Source: an uncultured Lamprocystis sp.
GTDB lineage: Bacteria > Pseudomonadota > Gammaproteobacteria > Chromatiales > Chromatiaceae
DNA length: 64,000 nucleotides
NCBI GenBank assembly: GCA_964470155.1
Contig: CAYYAY010000003.1
Span: 107,677-171,676 of the forward strand
Direction: 5' to 3'
Below the pieces are notes generated by a model, which saw nothing but the letters and a program-made list of their open reading frames with translations, ran no database searches and was not told where the DNA came from. Both the position numbers and the translations under genes were made by a program. Positions 17,731 through 28,656 of this stretch are shown one piece after another; position 1 is the first letter of the stretch, and the number at the start of each line of letters is the position of its first letter.

Positions 17731-19992
17731 TCACTTGGTCAACGCCATAAACAACCGCGGCAGCTTCTCCGGCAACCGCTCCACCCGGTCGATGACGGTG
17801 AAGCGATTGCCGAAACAGTCGCGGACATAATCGTCGGCATGGGCATCGAGACTGATGCAATAGGTATAGATGCCCTGCTGATCGAGTTCCTGCACGGCCT
17901 TGTGTGTGTCTTCGATGAGCAGGCGTTCGTCCTGCACGTCGATGTCATGGGGCTGACCGTCGGTGAGGATGAGCATCAGCTTTTTCTCCGCCTGGCGGGC
18001 CTCCAGGTAATGGGCGGCGTGACGCAAGGCGGCGCCCATGCGGGTGGAGTAGCCGGCCTCCATGGCGGCGAGACGCGCCTTGACCTGATCGTCCCAGTGT
18101 TCGCGATAGCCCTTGATGTGCTGATAGCGCACCTCATGGCGGGTGTTGGAGGAGAAGCCGGCGATGGCGAATTCGTCACCCAGGTGCTCGATGGCCCAGC
18201 CGAGCAGGGCGACCGCCTCCTGGCTCAATTCCAGAATACTCTGGGTGCAGCCGTCCGGGACCTGATTGAGCGACTGGGAGAGGTCCAGCAGGAGCATCAC
18301 GGCAATATCACGCCCGTCGTGCCGGTGGCTCATGTTGATGCGCGGGTCCGGGGTGGCTCCGCCGCGGTAGTCGATGAGCGAGCGGATGGCCACATCCAGA
18401 TCCAGCTCGCTGCCCTCCTCCTGATAACGCAGGCGCACATACTGCTGCGGCTTGAGCAGATCGAGAATCTGCTTGAGCCGCTTGGCCAGCATCCGGTGCT
18501 TGTCGAGCAGCGCGTCGATCCGGGCCGGGTCGCCCGCGGGATGCAGTGCCTCGTAGAGACTCACCCAGTCGGGACGGTAGGTCTTGCTCTGATAGTCCCA
18601 CTCCGGGTAATGGCGGGGCGGCAGGATCTGCGCCTCTTCGGCCGGGGGCGGCTTGCGCTCTGCGAATGACTCTTCTTCATCGCCTTGCTCGATATAGCGC
18701 CACAGATGGCGGTTATCGTCGCGGTAATCGACCTCGGTGTCGGTGAAATAGACCTTGGGTGAGCGATCCTGCCGGCGGCGGGTGCGGGCGATATAGGTGA
18801 TCGCCAACTCGGCGAGGGCCTGGGTGCTGGACGCGCCGCCGGCCAACTCGGCGTGGAACCGGGCGACGAAGTCGAGCATCTCGGGGTTGCGGTAGCCGTG
18901 ATCCGGGTCGAGCACGGCGCGCGAGAACATGGCCAGGCGATGGCGGATGCAGGACTCCTGCTCGGGGTCGCAGGCGTCTTCTTCCGGCCGCGGGTGCAGG
19001 GCCAGGAACAGCCGCCGCAGCCCAGGGTATTCGCGGATCGCCAGGCAGTCGACCCGACAGTCCTCGAAGGTCTCGACGGCCACCCGCTGGAAGGGGCTCA
19101 GGTTGTCGGCGATCAGCGAACCGCTCCAGCGCAAATGCGCGGCGACGTGGGCCAGCAAGGCGCGGTAGCGATCGATCCCGGCCACGCCGGCGCGGTCATC
19201 GTAGACATCCGGCACCCGCACCCCCAGCGCGTCGACATAGGGCATGGGTTTGCGCAGTGTGTCGAAGGCGTCCGAATAAGGAACGAACAGCCGGTGCTCG
19301 CACCACAAAGACCGCAAATAGAGATCGAGCTGGCGCGCATGGTCGACGAACAGGGTGCCATGACGCTCGCGCTGGAGCACGGCACGGCTGTCGGTCGATT
19401 GCAGGCTGAAATAATCGCGCTGACGGTCCGGGTGATCGGCATAGTGGCGCAGGCCGTATTCGATCCAATTACTCAGCCCATGGCAGGTGAGCTGACTGAG
19501 CAGGTACGGGATGCGCTCCAGCAGATCCGGCAGGCTCGGACTCGGGATGGTGGTATGAAAGCCGTGGATGGAGCCCGTGGTCCGCTCCATGAAATTCAGG
19601 ATCATCTCGATATAGCGACCCACCAATTCGGCGCTGGCGAGCCGGCGCGACACCGCGGCAATACTCTGAAGAAAGGGCAGAATCGCCTTGCCGTTCGGAC
19701 TGCGCGAGATCGTCCACACCGTCTGCGAAACCAGCCCCAGGGTCTGCTCGCCCAGCTCGGCGGCGACCTGCGGCAGCTCCTCCAGATAGACCAGGACCGG
19801 CTCGAAACCCCGGCCGATGCGGCAGATCAGCGAGGCTCCCTCCAGATAATCGTTGATCCCCGCCGGACTCAGCAGCGCTTGAGCCTCGGCGATACAGTCC
19901 GGGAACACCTGGTCGAGCTGCGGAAAACTGCAACGCAGTTGCCGGCGCAAGGGTTGAAGCGACTCGGCCGCGGGGATGGTGAGCATGGGCAT
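17731..19992 (-). CDS. cbbO: CbbO/NorD-type vWA RuBisCO activation adaptor (stand-alone copy)
   Basis: HYPEWDYQ..YRPDWV, MIDAS LLLDLSQSL, GYSTRMGAALRHA, ILTDGQPHD; clearly paralogous to the 47461..49845 protein. Confidence 0.85.
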   Translation of the reverse strand: MPMLTIPAAESLQPLRRQLRCSFPQLDQVFPDCIAEAQALLSPAGINDYLEGASLICRIGRGFEPVLVYLEELPQVAAELGEQTLGLVSQTVWTISRSPNGKAILPFLQSIAAVSRRLASAELVGRYIEMILNFMERTTGSIHGFHTTIPSPSLPDLLERIPYLLSQLTCHGLSNWIEYGLRHYADHPDRQRDYFSLQSTDSRAVLQRERHGTLFVDHARQLDLYLRSLWCEHRLFVPYSDAFDTLRKPMPYVDALGVRVPDVYDDRAGVAGIDRYRALLAHVAAHLRWSGSLIADNLSPFQRVAVETFEDCRVDCLAIREYPGLRRLFLALHPRPEEDACDPEQESCIRHRLAMFSRAVLDPDHGYRNPEMLDFVARFHAELAGGASSTQALAELAITYIARTRRRQDRSPKVYFTDTEVDYRDDNRHLWRYIEQGDEEESFAERKPPPAEEAQILPPRHYPEWDYQSKTYRPDWVSLYEALHPAGDPARIDALLDKHRMLAKRLKQILDLLKPQQYVRLRYQEEGSELDLDVAIRSLIDYRGGATPDPRINMSHRHDGRDIAVMLLLDLSQSLNQVPDGCTQSILELSQEAVALLGWAIEHLGDEFAIAGFSSNTRHEVRYQHIKGYREHWDDQVKARLAAMEAGYSTRMGAALRHAAHYLEARQAEKKLMLILTDGQPHDIDVQDERLLIEDTHKAVQELDQQGIYTYCISLDAHADDYVRDCFGNRFTVIDRVERLPEKLPRLFMALTK

Positions 19993-20432
19993 AGGGCCTC
20001 GGGGGGCTGCGGTGAGGGACGCTTGAACAAGGTCGCGGATACAGTATAACGATCCGGACCCGATCGACAGCGGGCGGCGAGCATTCGCCGCGCCGCCCGC
20101 CGGTCGGATTGCACCCGCGGGCGCATCGACGGTGCCGCTCGTCTCCGCGGGAAAGAACTATTTTCTCCTCCGCAATGTCGAACCGCTGGCGTTCAATCAG
20201 AATGGACTGCGATCCGGTGTTACGACGCTGGTCTCCGGGCTCGCACCCGGTCTGTACGATCCGCTCCACAGGGGTCAAACGCATTCTATACTTCCTACAC
20301 ATGAGCGCTCCGCCTCGTCTCGCGCCGGAGCCGGCTTCCGGTCCGGACCTAGCGCCGCCCGGACTTGAACAATTCCCAATATCGTTCTCCAAATCACTGT
20401 TTCGATAGACAATCAACCAAGAGGAAACGACG

Positions 20433-20858
20433 ATGAGCTGGCAAGAACAACTCGACAAAGCGGTTGCGGCTGTCAAAGAGGCTGCCACCAGCGAAAACGC
20501 GCGCGAGATCGCGGGCAAGGCGAAAGCGGCGGCCCTAGGTCTGGTCGAGAAGGTCAAGGCGGGAGCGGTCGACGCGGCCGATGCGTTCGTCGAGGCCAAT
20601 CGCGATGCCTCGTCGCTGTCGGTGCGTTTTCTGAACGCGGATCTCACCATCCTTTCACCCGCGGAGGGCATCTCGGTGACCAGGCCGGATGCGGCGACGC
20701 TCGTAGTCAACGACGGGTCGGGCAATGGTCTGGTCATCAATGCAGGTGCCGATCCCGCCTTCGTTGTCGAGACGATCGGCGCGGTCGCCAAACTAAGCCA
20801 CAACACCTTCGATCTCGGTCAAGAAGACGGCGTGAACGTTATCGTCATCAAGCTCTGA
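20433..20858 (+). CDS. Hypothetical protein (amphipathic N-terminal helix + beta-rich C-terminus)
   Basis: GAGG RBS upstream, host-like codon usage, no competing gene on the other strand; no family recognised. Confidence 0.65.
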   Translation: MSWQEQLDKAVAAVKEAATSENAREIAGKAKAAALGLVEKVKAGAVDAADAFVEANRDASSLSVRFLNADLTILSPAEGISVTRPDAATLVVNDGSGNGLVINAGADPAFVVETIGAVAKLSHNTFDLGQEDGVNVIVIKL

Positions 20859-20938
20859 CGGGTTGGAGTCACGCGGCGCCTCAGCGCCGCGCTTACACTT
20901 GGCGAAGGTGACTTCCGACACTGTGGAGACCGGTCAGT

Positions 20939-20964
20939 GTAGGTGCGACTTCAGTCGCACCTGC
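20939..20964. repeat. GTAG-type REP palindrome
   Basis: gtaggtgcgact-tc-agtcgcacctgc hairpin. Confidence 0.7.
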
Positions 20965-20996
20965 GTCCGGGCCGATGGTGAGTGGTATAGCGTTCG

Positions 20997-21078
20997 CACC
21001 TGATATCCAGACAGACCGTCGTGTAGGGGCGGGTTTAAGACCCGTTTCTATATCCGGTTATCACGTCCGAAGGCGATA
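20997..21078 (+). repeat. REP-containing unit, homologous to 31442..31646
   Basis: cacctgatatc(c/g)agacag ... gtaggggcgggttt ... tccggt(t/g)atcacgt(c/t)cga(a/c)ggc shared by both loci. Confidence 0.6.
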
Positions 21079-21099
21079 TCCGATGTTCCTGAAATCACC

Positions 21100-21606
21100 T
21101 CAAGCCACCGCTTGATGAACCAAGTGCAGACAGCCCCAGGCCGCAAGCCCGGCCGCCAGATCGTCGAGCATGATGCCCAAACCGCCGCTCACCCGCCGCT
21201 CCAGCCAATTGATGGGCCAGGGTTTGAGGATATCGAAGCCGCGGAACAGCAGGAATCCGGCAAGCACCCACATCCAGCCGGGCGGCGCCGCGGTGAGAGT
21301 CACCAACAGACCGGCGAACTCATCCCAGACGATCGCGCCGGGGTCGGCGCTGCCCAGATCGCGGGCGGTGCGGTCACAGGCCCAGACGCCGACGAGGATC
21401 AGGACCGCCAGCACCGCCAGGTAGGCGCCGAGCGGCAAGGGGGCCAGGCTCAGGTAGAGCGGCAGCGCCGCCAGGGTCCCGAAGGTGCCGGGCGCCCACG
21501 GGGCCAGACCGGAACCGAATCCGCAGGCGATCCAGTGGTGTGGGCGGCGCGGGTCGAACCCTGCCCTGATCCCGCCGGGCACCGCGGGAGCGATATCAGG
21601 AGGCAT
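21100..21606 (-). CDS. pgpA: Phosphatidylglycerophosphatase A
   Basis: GFGSGLAPWAPGTFGTL, DPGAIVWDEFAG, FRGFDILKPWPI, GIMLDD. Confidence 0.93.
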   Translation of the reverse strand: MPPDIAPAVPGGIRAGFDPRRPHHWIACGFGSGLAPWAPGTFGTLAALPLYLSLAPLPLGAYLAVLAVLILVGVWACDRTARDLGSADPGAIVWDEFAGLLVTLTAAPPGWMWVLAGFLLFRGFDILKPWPINWLERRVSGGLGIMLDDLAAGLAAWGCLHLVHQAVA

Positions 21607-22582
21607 CGCGCGCGCCCGGCGACGCAAAGTGGTCGAAACCCGCATGAGTAAGCGCGTAAGGAGCGCCCGCGGGTGTGGTGCAGACCAGCCCGGCCCCGTG
21701 CTCGACCCGCCCGATGACGGTCAGCGGGCACCCGCAGCGCGCGCCGAGGTCGGCGAGCCGATCGCGGTCACCCGACGGCAGGCAGAAACACAGTTCATAG
21801 TCGTCACCCGAGGCCAGCGGCAGACTCCAGTCACCGGTCGTTTGCACGGCGGCGGCAACCGCGTCGCTCAAGGGCAGCGCCGCCAGATCGAGCACGCCGG
21901 CCAGACCGCTCGCCGTGAGAATATGCCCCAGATCCGCCGCCAGACCATCGGAGACATCAATCATCGCGTCGGCGCGTCCGCGCAGGGCGAGCCCCAGCGC
22001 AACCCGCGGGGTCGGCCGTTCGAGGCGTCCCCGCGAGGTCGGCGGCGGCAGCCGACCGGCCAGCAATGCGCGCAGGGCGAGCCCCGCATCGCCCAGGGTC
22101 CCGCTCACACAGATCAGATCGCCCGGGCGCGCACCGCCGCGCCGCACCTCGGCACCCGCGGGGATGAACCCATGCACCTGAACCGTGATCGAGAGCGGAC
22201 CGCGCGTCGTATCGCCGCCCACCAGACTCACCCCGTGCGCCTGCGCCAGTCGCCCGAAGCCGCGGGCGAAATCGGCGAGCCAGTCCGGTGCGGCGGCGGG
22301 TAACCCGGCCGGCAGCGTCAGCGCCAGGGTCGCCCAAGCCGGCTCCGCCCCCATCGCCGCCAGATCGCTCAGACCGACCGCCAGCGACTTGTGACCGATC
22401 GCCTCGGCATCGCAGTCGGCGAGGAAATGCACCCCGCTCGCCAGCGTGTCGATACTCACGGCCAGGCGCTGCCCGGCCGGCACGGCCAGCACGGCGCAAT
22501 CGTCGCCCACGCCCAACAGGACATCCGCCCGGGGCGTCCCGAGCGCGGCAAAATGGGTACGGATCAGATCGAATTCGGACAA
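21596..22582 (-). CDS. thiL: Thiamine-phosphate kinase
   Basis: Probable TTG start (LSEFDLIRTHF), GVGDDCAV, SDLAAMGAEP, GGDTT, IDVSDGL, GDDYELCF. Confidence 0.93.
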   Translation of the reverse strand: MSEFDLIRTHFAALGTPRADVLLGVGDDCAVLAVPAGQRLAVSIDTLASGVHFLADCDAEAIGHKSLAVGLSDLAAMGAEPAWATLALTLPAGLPAAAPDWLADFARGFGRLAQAHGVSLVGGDTTRGPLSITVQVHGFIPAGAEVRRGGARPGDLICVSGTLGDAGLALRALLAGRLPPPTSRGRLERPTPRVALGLALRGRADAMIDVSDGLAADLGHILTASGLAGVLDLAALPLSDAVAAAVQTTGDWSLPLASGDDYELCFCLPSGDRDRLADLGARCGCPLTVIGRVEHGAGLVCTTPAGAPYALTHAGFDHFASPGARDAS

Positions 22583-22664
22583 GGGTAATCCTGACAAGCG
22601 GAAGTCGGGCCGCACGCCGACGCAGAGTGCGCAGGATAACCCAGGGTGGCCCGCGGTTGGCGGA

Positions 22665-23180
22665 TCAATCGCCCGCGCGACCGGCGGCCGCGGCGCGGCG
22701 GGCCACCTTATCCAGCACGCCGTTGACGTAACGGTGACCCTCATGGGCGCCCAGGAGCTTGGTGAGCTCGACCGCCTCGTTGATGGCCACGCCGGCGGGG
22801 ATGGCGGGGGAAAAAAGGATCTCGTAGGCGCCGATCCGCAGGATGGCGAGTTCCACCGGGTCGACCTGACTGATCGGCCGGTCGAGGACCGCGTCGAGTG
22901 CCGCATCGATCGCGTTGACCACGGCGGGGACGCCTTTCACCAGGGTCTCGAACAACTCCAGGTTGAAGTTGAAACGGTCCTTGGGATCGACCGGGGTGTC
23001 ATCCTCGGCGCCGTTGAGTGAGTTCACCAGGGCGTCCAGCCATTCCGGATCGTCGAGCATGTGCTGCCGGATGGTGGCCGGTTCTTCCCGCGTCAGCTGC
23101 CACTGGTAGAGCGCGAGCGCGGCATAGCGCCGCGCCTGACTGCGCGGGCTGACCCCGCCGTGATCGGGCGACTTGGTCAT
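22665..23180 (-). CDS. nusB: Transcription antitermination factor NusB
   Basis: RSQARRYAALALYQW, DPVELAILRIGAYE, VAINEAVELTK, YVNGVLDK. Confidence 0.95.
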   Translation of the reverse strand: MTKSPDHGGVSPRSQARRYAALALYQWQLTREEPATIRQHMLDDPEWLDALVNSLNGAEDDTPVDPKDRFNFNLELFETLVKGVPAVVNAIDAALDAVLDRPISQVDPVELAILRIGAYEILFSPAIPAGVAINEAVELTKLLGAHEGHRYVNGVLDKVARRAAAAGRAGD

Positions 23181-23185
23181 CCGGG

Positions 23186-23656
23186 TCACTCCAGCCGCCG
23201 CAGCAGATCGACCATCTCCAGGGCGGACAAGGCCGCCTCGGCGCCCTTGTTGCCGGCCTTGGTGCCGGCCCGCTCGATCGCCTGCTCGATGCTGTCGACG
23301 GTCAGCACGCCAAAGGCGACCGGGATGCCGTATTTCAGGCTCACCTGAGCCATGCCCTTGACGCATTCACCGGCCACGTACTCGAAATGCGGGGTACCGC
23401 CGCGGATCACGGCACCCAGCGCGACGATGGCATCGACACCGCCGCGCTTGGCGATGTGCTCGCAGGCAACGGGCATCTCGAAGGCGCCGGGGACGCGGAC
23501 GATGGTCAGCTGCTCCTCCGCCACACCGTGGCGCAGCAGCGCATCGACGGCGCCCTTCTCCAGACTCTCCACGATGAAGGCGTTCCAACGGGATACCACC
23601 AGACAGAAACGGGCCTGATCGGCGCGCAGGACGCCCTCGATCGTCTTGATGCTCAT
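23186..23656 (-). CDS. ribH: 6,7-dimethyl-8-ribityllumazine synthase
   Basis: [33 protein letters not shown]. Confidence 0.96.
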   Translation of the reverse strand: MSIKTIEGVLRADQARFCLVVSRWNAFIVESLEKGAVDALLRHGVAEEQLTIVRVPGAFEMPVACEHIAKRGGVDAIVALGAVIRGGTPHFEYVAGECVKGMAQVSLKYGIPVAFGVLTVDSIEQAIERAGTKAGNKGAEAALSALEMVDLLRRLE

Positions 23657-23690
23657 GCTGGGGACTCCTGATGATCTGGGTCAGCAATTA

Positions 23691-23790
23691 TACGGAACGG
23701 TTTTGAGTTTTCGGTTTTTCGTTTTTAGTTAAGGACTATCAAACATTGGGTTACGAAAAACGAGAAACGAAAAACCAACAACGACGGGTA
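23691..23790 (+). mobile_element. 100-bp MITE-like element, copy 3
   Basis: Same sequence family as copy 1; TA/TA flanks; lies in the ribBA-ribH spacer. Confidence 0.8.
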
Positions 23791-23808
23791 TAAGTTACGC
23801 AACGAATA

Positions 23809-23964
23809 TACCCGTCGTTGTTGTCGTTGTCGTTGTCGTAATCGGCGAAGCCAGGCCCGACGATTGGTTTCGATGCTTGGAAAACTCGGATAGCGAAACA
23901 ACGGGGTGTGAGAGCATCCTCGCGGGTCGCACCCATTGATTACGACAACGACAACGACAACGAC
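23809..23964. repeat. Palindromic GACAAC-iterated element sharing one MITE terminus
   Basis: Starts tacccgtcgttgttg (reverse complement of the MITE right end); arms gttgtcgttgtcgttgtcgtaatc / gattacgacaacgacaacgacaac. Confidence 0.7.
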
Positions 23965-24020
23965 CGAGATGCCACAGGCGTTCCCCGATGGACTTGTTAC
24001 GCGTATGAGTGAACGGCTCC

Positions 24021-25142
24021 TCAGCGCCCGCCGCTGACGTACTCGACGACCTCCAGGTCGAACCCCGAGATGGCGTGCATGGCTTTGGGGGCGCTCATCA
24101 CGCGCATTTTACGCACGCCCAGGTCAGCCAGGATCTGGGCGCCGATGCCGTAGGTACGCAGTTCGCTGCGTTCCTTGTGACGCCGTGCCGGGACCGTATC
24201 CTCGCCGTCATGCAACTGCAGGTCCTTCAGGCGCGCCAGCAGGTCCGCGGCATTGTCGCGATTGCGCAGGACCACGATGACGCCCTCGCCCGCCTCCGCG
24301 ATCTGGCGCATCACGGCCTGCAGCGGCCAGCCGCAGGCCGGGTGCCGCGGGGCGAAGAGGTCGCACAGGGTGTTCTGCAAGTGAACACGCACCAGGATTG
24401 GCCGTTCCGGGTCGATCTCGCCCATGGTCAGCGCCAGGTGCAGATCGTTGTCGATGCTGTCGCGATAGGCCAGCACCCGGAAGGCCCCGAATTCAGTGGG
24501 CATTTCACACTCACACTCCTGGATGACGGCCTTCTCGTGGCGCACCCGGTAATGGATCAGATCGGCGATGGTGCCGATCTTCAGCCCATGGGTCTGCGCG
24601 AAGGCTTCCAGGTCGGCCCGGCGCGCCATGCTGCCGTCCTCGTTCAGGATCTCGACGATCACGGCGGCGGGTTCCAGTCCGGCCAGCCGGACCAGGTCAC
24701 AGCCCGCCTCGGTGTGACCGGCACGCACCAAGACCCCGCCGGGTTGCGCCATCACCGGAAAGATGTGGCCGGGCTGCACCAGATCGCGCGGCTGCGCATC
24801 CGGAGCAATCGCGGCGCGCACAGTCGCCGCGCGGTCAGCCGCCGAGATGCCGGTCGTCACACCCTCGGCAGCCTCGATCGAGACGGTGAAGGCGGTACCG
24901 TGCGGGGCGTGACCGTCGGTAACCATCAACGGCAGGCGCAACTGCTCGCAGCGCTCCTTGGTCAAGGTTAAACAAATCAGGCCGCGGCCGAACTTGGCCA
25001 TGAAGTTGATCGCCTCGGGGGTCACCTGGTCGGCGGCCAGCAGGAGGTCGCCCTCATTCTCGCGGTCTTCGTCGTCCATGATGACGACCATGCGCCCGGC
25101 GCGCAGCTCGGCAATGATGTCTTCGGTGCTATTTAGCGGCAT
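24021..25142 (-). CDS. ribB: Bifunctional DHBP synthase / GTP cyclohydrolase II-like protein (RibBA/RibBX type)
   Basis: [34 protein letters not shown]; the C-terminal GCH-II-like domain lacks the Zn-binding cysteines. Confidence 0.92.
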   Translation of the reverse strand: MPLNSTEDIIAELRAGRMVVIMDDEDRENEGDLLLAADQVTPEAINFMAKFGRGLICLTLTKERCEQLRLPLMVTDGHAPHGTAFTVSIEAAEGVTTGISAADRAATVRAAIAPDAQPRDLVQPGHIFPVMAQPGGVLVRAGHTEAGCDLVRLAGLEPAAVIVEILNEDGSMARRADLEAFAQTHGLKIGTIADLIHYRVRHEKAVIQECECEMPTEFGAFRVLAYRDSIDNDLHLALTMGEIDPERPILVRVHLQNTLCDLFAPRHPACGWPLQAVMRQIAEAGEGVIVVLRNRDNAADLLARLKDLQLHDGEDTVPARRHKERSELRTYGIGAQILADLGVRKMRVMSAPKAMHAISGFDLEVVEYVSGGR

Positions 25143-25211
25143 GGGAGGGACTGACAGCTTGGACCACGAACACGCTGAGCCGCGCGCGACGCGCCATGTC
25201 CGCGGCTCACA

Positions 25212-25249
25212 AACGAAAAGGGCGGCAACAGAGTCATCTGTTGCCGCCC
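25212..25249 (-). terminator. Rho-independent terminator after tRNA-Pro
   Basis: 13-bp stem gggcggcaacaga/tctgttgccgccc followed by ttttcgttt on the minus strand. Confidence 0.75.
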
Positions 25250-25255
25250 AGTCAC

Positions 25256-25333
<78 letters not shown>

Positions 25334-25425
25334 GGTGGACGCGTAAGATTACGTTTTGAGGCCGACCGTGTCAAGCCGCGAAACCAACCGGGGTGCGATC
25401 CAAAGTGATGTGGTCGCAGATGCGC

Positions 25426-25509
25426 GTAGGATGGGCAGAGCGAGAGCGATGCCCATCCGGCCACCGCGACGCTTGATGATGGGCATCGCTCTCGCTCTGC
25501 CCATCCTAC
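25426..25509. repeat. GTAG-type REPIN
   Basis: Perfect 32-bp inverted arms gtaggatgggcagagcgagagcgatgcccatc / gatgggcatcgctctcgctctgcccatcctac. Confidence 0.85.
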
Positions 25510-25587
25510 CGAGAGGCCCGGCCCCGTCAGTTCTGATCACACCCAAACAACCGCACGAAGAACAACAGCCATGGACCCCACCGCGGA

Positions 25588-25962
25588 TCAACGGCGCAAA
25601 ACGTGCAGGATCTCCTCGAGTTCCATGCGCATCTGCCGCAACACCTGATGGGTCTGGCTCAGGTCGTGCTTGGCCCCTTCACCGCTGAGTTGCAGGCGGG
25701 CGCCGCCGATGGTGAAGCCCTGGTCATAGAGCAACGACCGGATTTGCCGCACCATCAGGACATCGTGGCGCTGGTAATAGCGGCGGTTGCCGCGCCGCTT
25801 GACCGGATTGAGCTGGGTGAACTCCTGTTCCCAGTAGCGCAAAACGTGCGGCTTCACGCCGCACAGTTCGCTCACCTCACCGATGGTGAAATAGCGCTTG
25901 CCGGGGATCGGCGGCAGTTCGCCCGATCCGACCTCGACCTCGCTATTGCTCGGTTCCAGCAT
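25588..25962 (-). CDS. MerR-family transcriptional regulator (ihfA-linked)
   Basis: [27 protein letters not shown]; conserved position between ihfA and tRNA-Pro. Confidence 0.92.
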   Translation of the reverse strand: MLEPSNSEVEVGSGELPPIPGKRYFTIGEVSELCGVKPHVLRYWEQEFTQLNPVKRRGNRRYYQRHDVLMVRQIRSLLYDQGFTIGGARLQLSGEGAKHDLSQTHQVLRQMRMELEEILHVLRR

Positions 25963-26242
25963 AGGCCTCCACGCGCGCTTTCAGCTTTTGACCGGGACGA
26001 AAGGTCACGACACGGCGGGCAGTGATCGGAATCTCTTCGCCGGTCTTCGGATTACGACCGGGACGCTCTTTTTTCTCACGCAGATCGAAGTTCCCGAAGC
26101 CGGAGAGCTTGACCTGATCGCCGCGCTCCAGCGCCGCCCGGATCTCCTCAAAAAACTGCTCGACAATATCTTTGGCCTCGCGCTTGTTCAGCCCGAGTTC
26201 CTCGAACAGATGTTCTGCCATATCGGCCTTAGTCAACGCCAT
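25943..26242 (-). CDS. ihfA: Integration host factor subunit alpha
   Basis: [36 protein letters not shown]. Confidence 0.97.
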   Translation of the reverse strand: MALTKADMAEHLFEELGLNKREAKDIVEQFFEEIRAALERGDQVKLSGFGNFDLREKKERPGRNPKTGEEIPITARRVVTFRPGQKLKARVEAYAGTEQ

Positions 26243-26246
26243 CGCT

Positions 26247-28637
26247 TCAATCCCTCAATCGTGCACCAAACTCGGACGCCAGACGGTCGAGTACCCGCGC
26301 AATCGTTTCATCGACCGTCTGGTCGGTAAGTGTCTGAGAAGATGCTTGTAAAATCAATCCCAAAGCCAGACTTTTTCTGCCGGAATCGATATTTCCCCCG
26401 GCATAGACATCAAACAGTACCAGATCGCGCAGCAACTCGGATGCGCTGGCGCGAATGCAGGCTGCGACATCGCCAAAGGCAACGGCGGCATCGACCACGA
26501 TGGCCAGGTCACGGCGGATGGCCGGAAAGCGGGAGATCGGGGCAAATCGCGGCAATGTGCCGGTGCCGAGCGCGGCCTGCTCGACCTCGAACAGGAAGGC
26601 ATCGCCATTCAGATCCAGCCCCGCGGCCAAGCTCGGATGAAGCATCCCCATGAGGCCCACCGGGCGCCCGTCGCGTTCGATCAGCGCACTCTGACCCGGA
26701 TGAAGCGCGGGATGGCTGGCCGGGACGAAGCGGAAGCCGGATCCCGCGATGCCGCCGACCGTACCCAGCGCCAGCAAAGCCTCGACATCGGCCTTGAGGG
26801 CGAAAAAATCAGCGGGGCAGGCCGGCTGTCCCCATTGTTCGGCATCGACGCTGCCGATGACGAGTCCGCCGATGACCGCCTCCTGGCGCAGTCCATCGCG
26901 CCCTGGGCGAAACCGCAGGCCGGTCTCGAAGATACGCACCCGCTCCTGCTGCCGAGCCTGATTGTAGCGCGCCGTGTGCAGCAAACCGGTCCACAGTGAC
27001 AGGCGCATGACGGACAGGTCGGCACTGATCGGATTGGCCAAGACCAGCGGTTCGGCCCCCGGCTCGATCCGCGCCTGCTGCTCGGGGCTGACGAAGCTGT
27101 AGGTGATGACCTCCTGAAACCCGCGATCCACCAGGAGCAGACGCGCACGGTCCAGCTCGAAGGCCGCCTCCGGGGTGCCCTTGGTGACGGCCGCGGAGTT
27201 GGTATGGCTGACCGGAATACGTTCGTAACCGTGGATCCGCCCGACATCGGCGATCAGGTCCACCTCATGAATCAGATCGAAGCGCGCGCTGGGCGGGGTC
27301 ACCCTCCAACCCTCGGCGACTGCCTCCAGATCCATCCCCAGGCGCGCCAGCAGCTCGGCAATGGTCTCGGCGGGGATCTCCAGCCCCAGGATCTGGGTGC
27401 AACGGGCCGTGCGCAATAGCAGCGGGGCGCGCTGCGGCAAGTGATCCGGGGCCAACACGTTCACCACCGGTCCGGGCTGACCGCCTACGCAATCGAGCAG
27501 CAGCCGGGTCGCCCGCTCCATCGCCCGGACCTGCAGTCCGGGGTCGACGCCGCGCTCGAAGCGATGCGAGGAGTCGGTGTGCAGTCCGTAGGCGCGGGCC
27601 TTGCCGGCAATCTGCGCCGGTGCGAAATACGCACTTTCCAGCAGGATATCGCGGGTTTCGTTGGCCACCGCGGTGCGGGATCCGCCCATGATCCCGGCGA
27701 GCGCCACCGGCCCGGCGGCGTCGGCGATGACCAGCGTATCGGGGCGCAGCACAATAGCGTCGCCGTTCAGCAGGGTCAGTTGTTCACCGGCCTCCGCGAG
27801 CCGCACCCGAATCTCCCGATCCAGCCGGCCCAGATCGAAGCCGTGCATGGGCTGACCCAGTTCCAGCATGACGTAGTTGGTCACGTCGACCACCGGACTG
27901 ATGGAACGCACCCCGCCGCGACGCAGGCGTTCGCGCATCCACAAGGGCGTCTCGGCGCAGGGGTCGATCCCGCGAATGATGCGGCAGGCATAGCGCGGGC
28001 AGGCCGCGGGCGCCTCCAAACGGACCGGGAAGTGCGCGTCGATCGCGGGCGCGACCGCAGCCGCTGCAAGCGGCGTCAAGTCGATCCGGTTGATCGCCGC
28101 CACCTCCCGTGCCAGTCCGGCGATGGACAGACAGTCGCCGCGGTCCGGTGTCAGATCGACCTCGATACAGAGGTCGTCGAGGCCGAGCCACGCGCGAAAA
28201 TCCGCGCCGATCGGGGCCTCCATCGGCAATGGCAAAATGCCGCTGGAGGTCTCGGCCAGCCCCAGTTCGACCGCCGAGCAGATCATGCCGAACGACTCGA
28301 CACCGCGTAACTTGGCACGCTTGATCGTCACGTCGCCGGGCAAGACCGCGCCGATCGTCGCCACCGGCACCCGCTGGCCGGCGGCCACATTGGCCGCGCC
28401 GCAAATGACCTGCAAGGGGGCGGTCGCGGCCACCTCGACCGTGCACACCCGCAGTTTGACGGCGTCAGGGTGGGGCTCGACCTGGGTGACCAGGCCCACG
28501 AGCACACCGTGGAACGCCGGCGCGGCGGCCGTTGCGGAGTCGACCTCGAGCCCCGCCATGCTGAGCTGATCGGCCAGGGTGCGGCTGTCGACCGGTGGGT
28601 TCACCCACTCCCGCAGCCAGGATTCACTGAAACGCAT
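26247..28637 (-). CDS. pheT: Phenylalanine-tRNA ligase beta subunit
   Basis: [44 protein letters not shown]. Confidence 0.97.
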   Translation of the reverse strand: MRFSESWLREWVNPPVDSRTLADQLSMAGLEVDSATAAAPAFHGVLVGLVTQVEPHPDAVKLRVCTVEVAATAPLQVICGAANVAAGQRVPVATIGAVLPGDVTIKRAKLRGVESFGMICSAVELGLAETSSGILPLPMEAPIGADFRAWLGLDDLCIEVDLTPDRGDCLSIAGLAREVAAINRIDLTPLAAAAVAPAIDAHFPVRLEAPAACPRYACRIIRGIDPCAETPLWMRERLRRGGVRSISPVVDVTNYVMLELGQPMHGFDLGRLDREIRVRLAEAGEQLTLLNGDAIVLRPDTLVIADAAGPVALAGIMGGSRTAVANETRDILLESAYFAPAQIAGKARAYGLHTDSSHRFERGVDPGLQVRAMERATRLLLDCVGGQPGPVVNVLAPDHLPQRAPLLLRTARCTQILGLEIPAETIAELLARLGMDLEAVAEGWRVTPPSARFDLIHEVDLIADVGRIHGYERIPVSHTNSAAVTKGTPEAAFELDRARLLLVDRGFQEVITYSFVSPEQQARIEPGAEPLVLANPISADLSVMRLSLWTGLLHTARYNQARQQERVRIFETGLRFRPGRDGLRQEAVIGGLVIGSVDAEQWGQPACPADFFALKADVEALLALGTVGGIAGSGFRFVPASHPALHPGQSALIERDGRPVGLMGMLHPSLAAGLDLNGDAFLFEVEQAALGTGTLPRFAPISRFPAIRRDLAIVVDAAVAFGDVAACIRASASELLRDLVLFDVYAGGNIDSGRKSLALGLILQASSQTLTDQTVDETIARVLDRLASEFGARLRD

Positions 28638-28656
28638 CTGGAGGGATTCCTAATTA

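Noticed and set aside
23809-23964. GACAAC iterations as a possible CRISPR array
   Set aside because: Hexamer tandem repeats in inverted arms with no unique spacers and no cas genes; no CRISPR array was found anywhere in the window.
24021-24560. GTP cyclohydrolase II domain of RibBA lacks the Zn-binding cysteines
   Set aside because: Common RibBX-type degeneration in proteobacteria.
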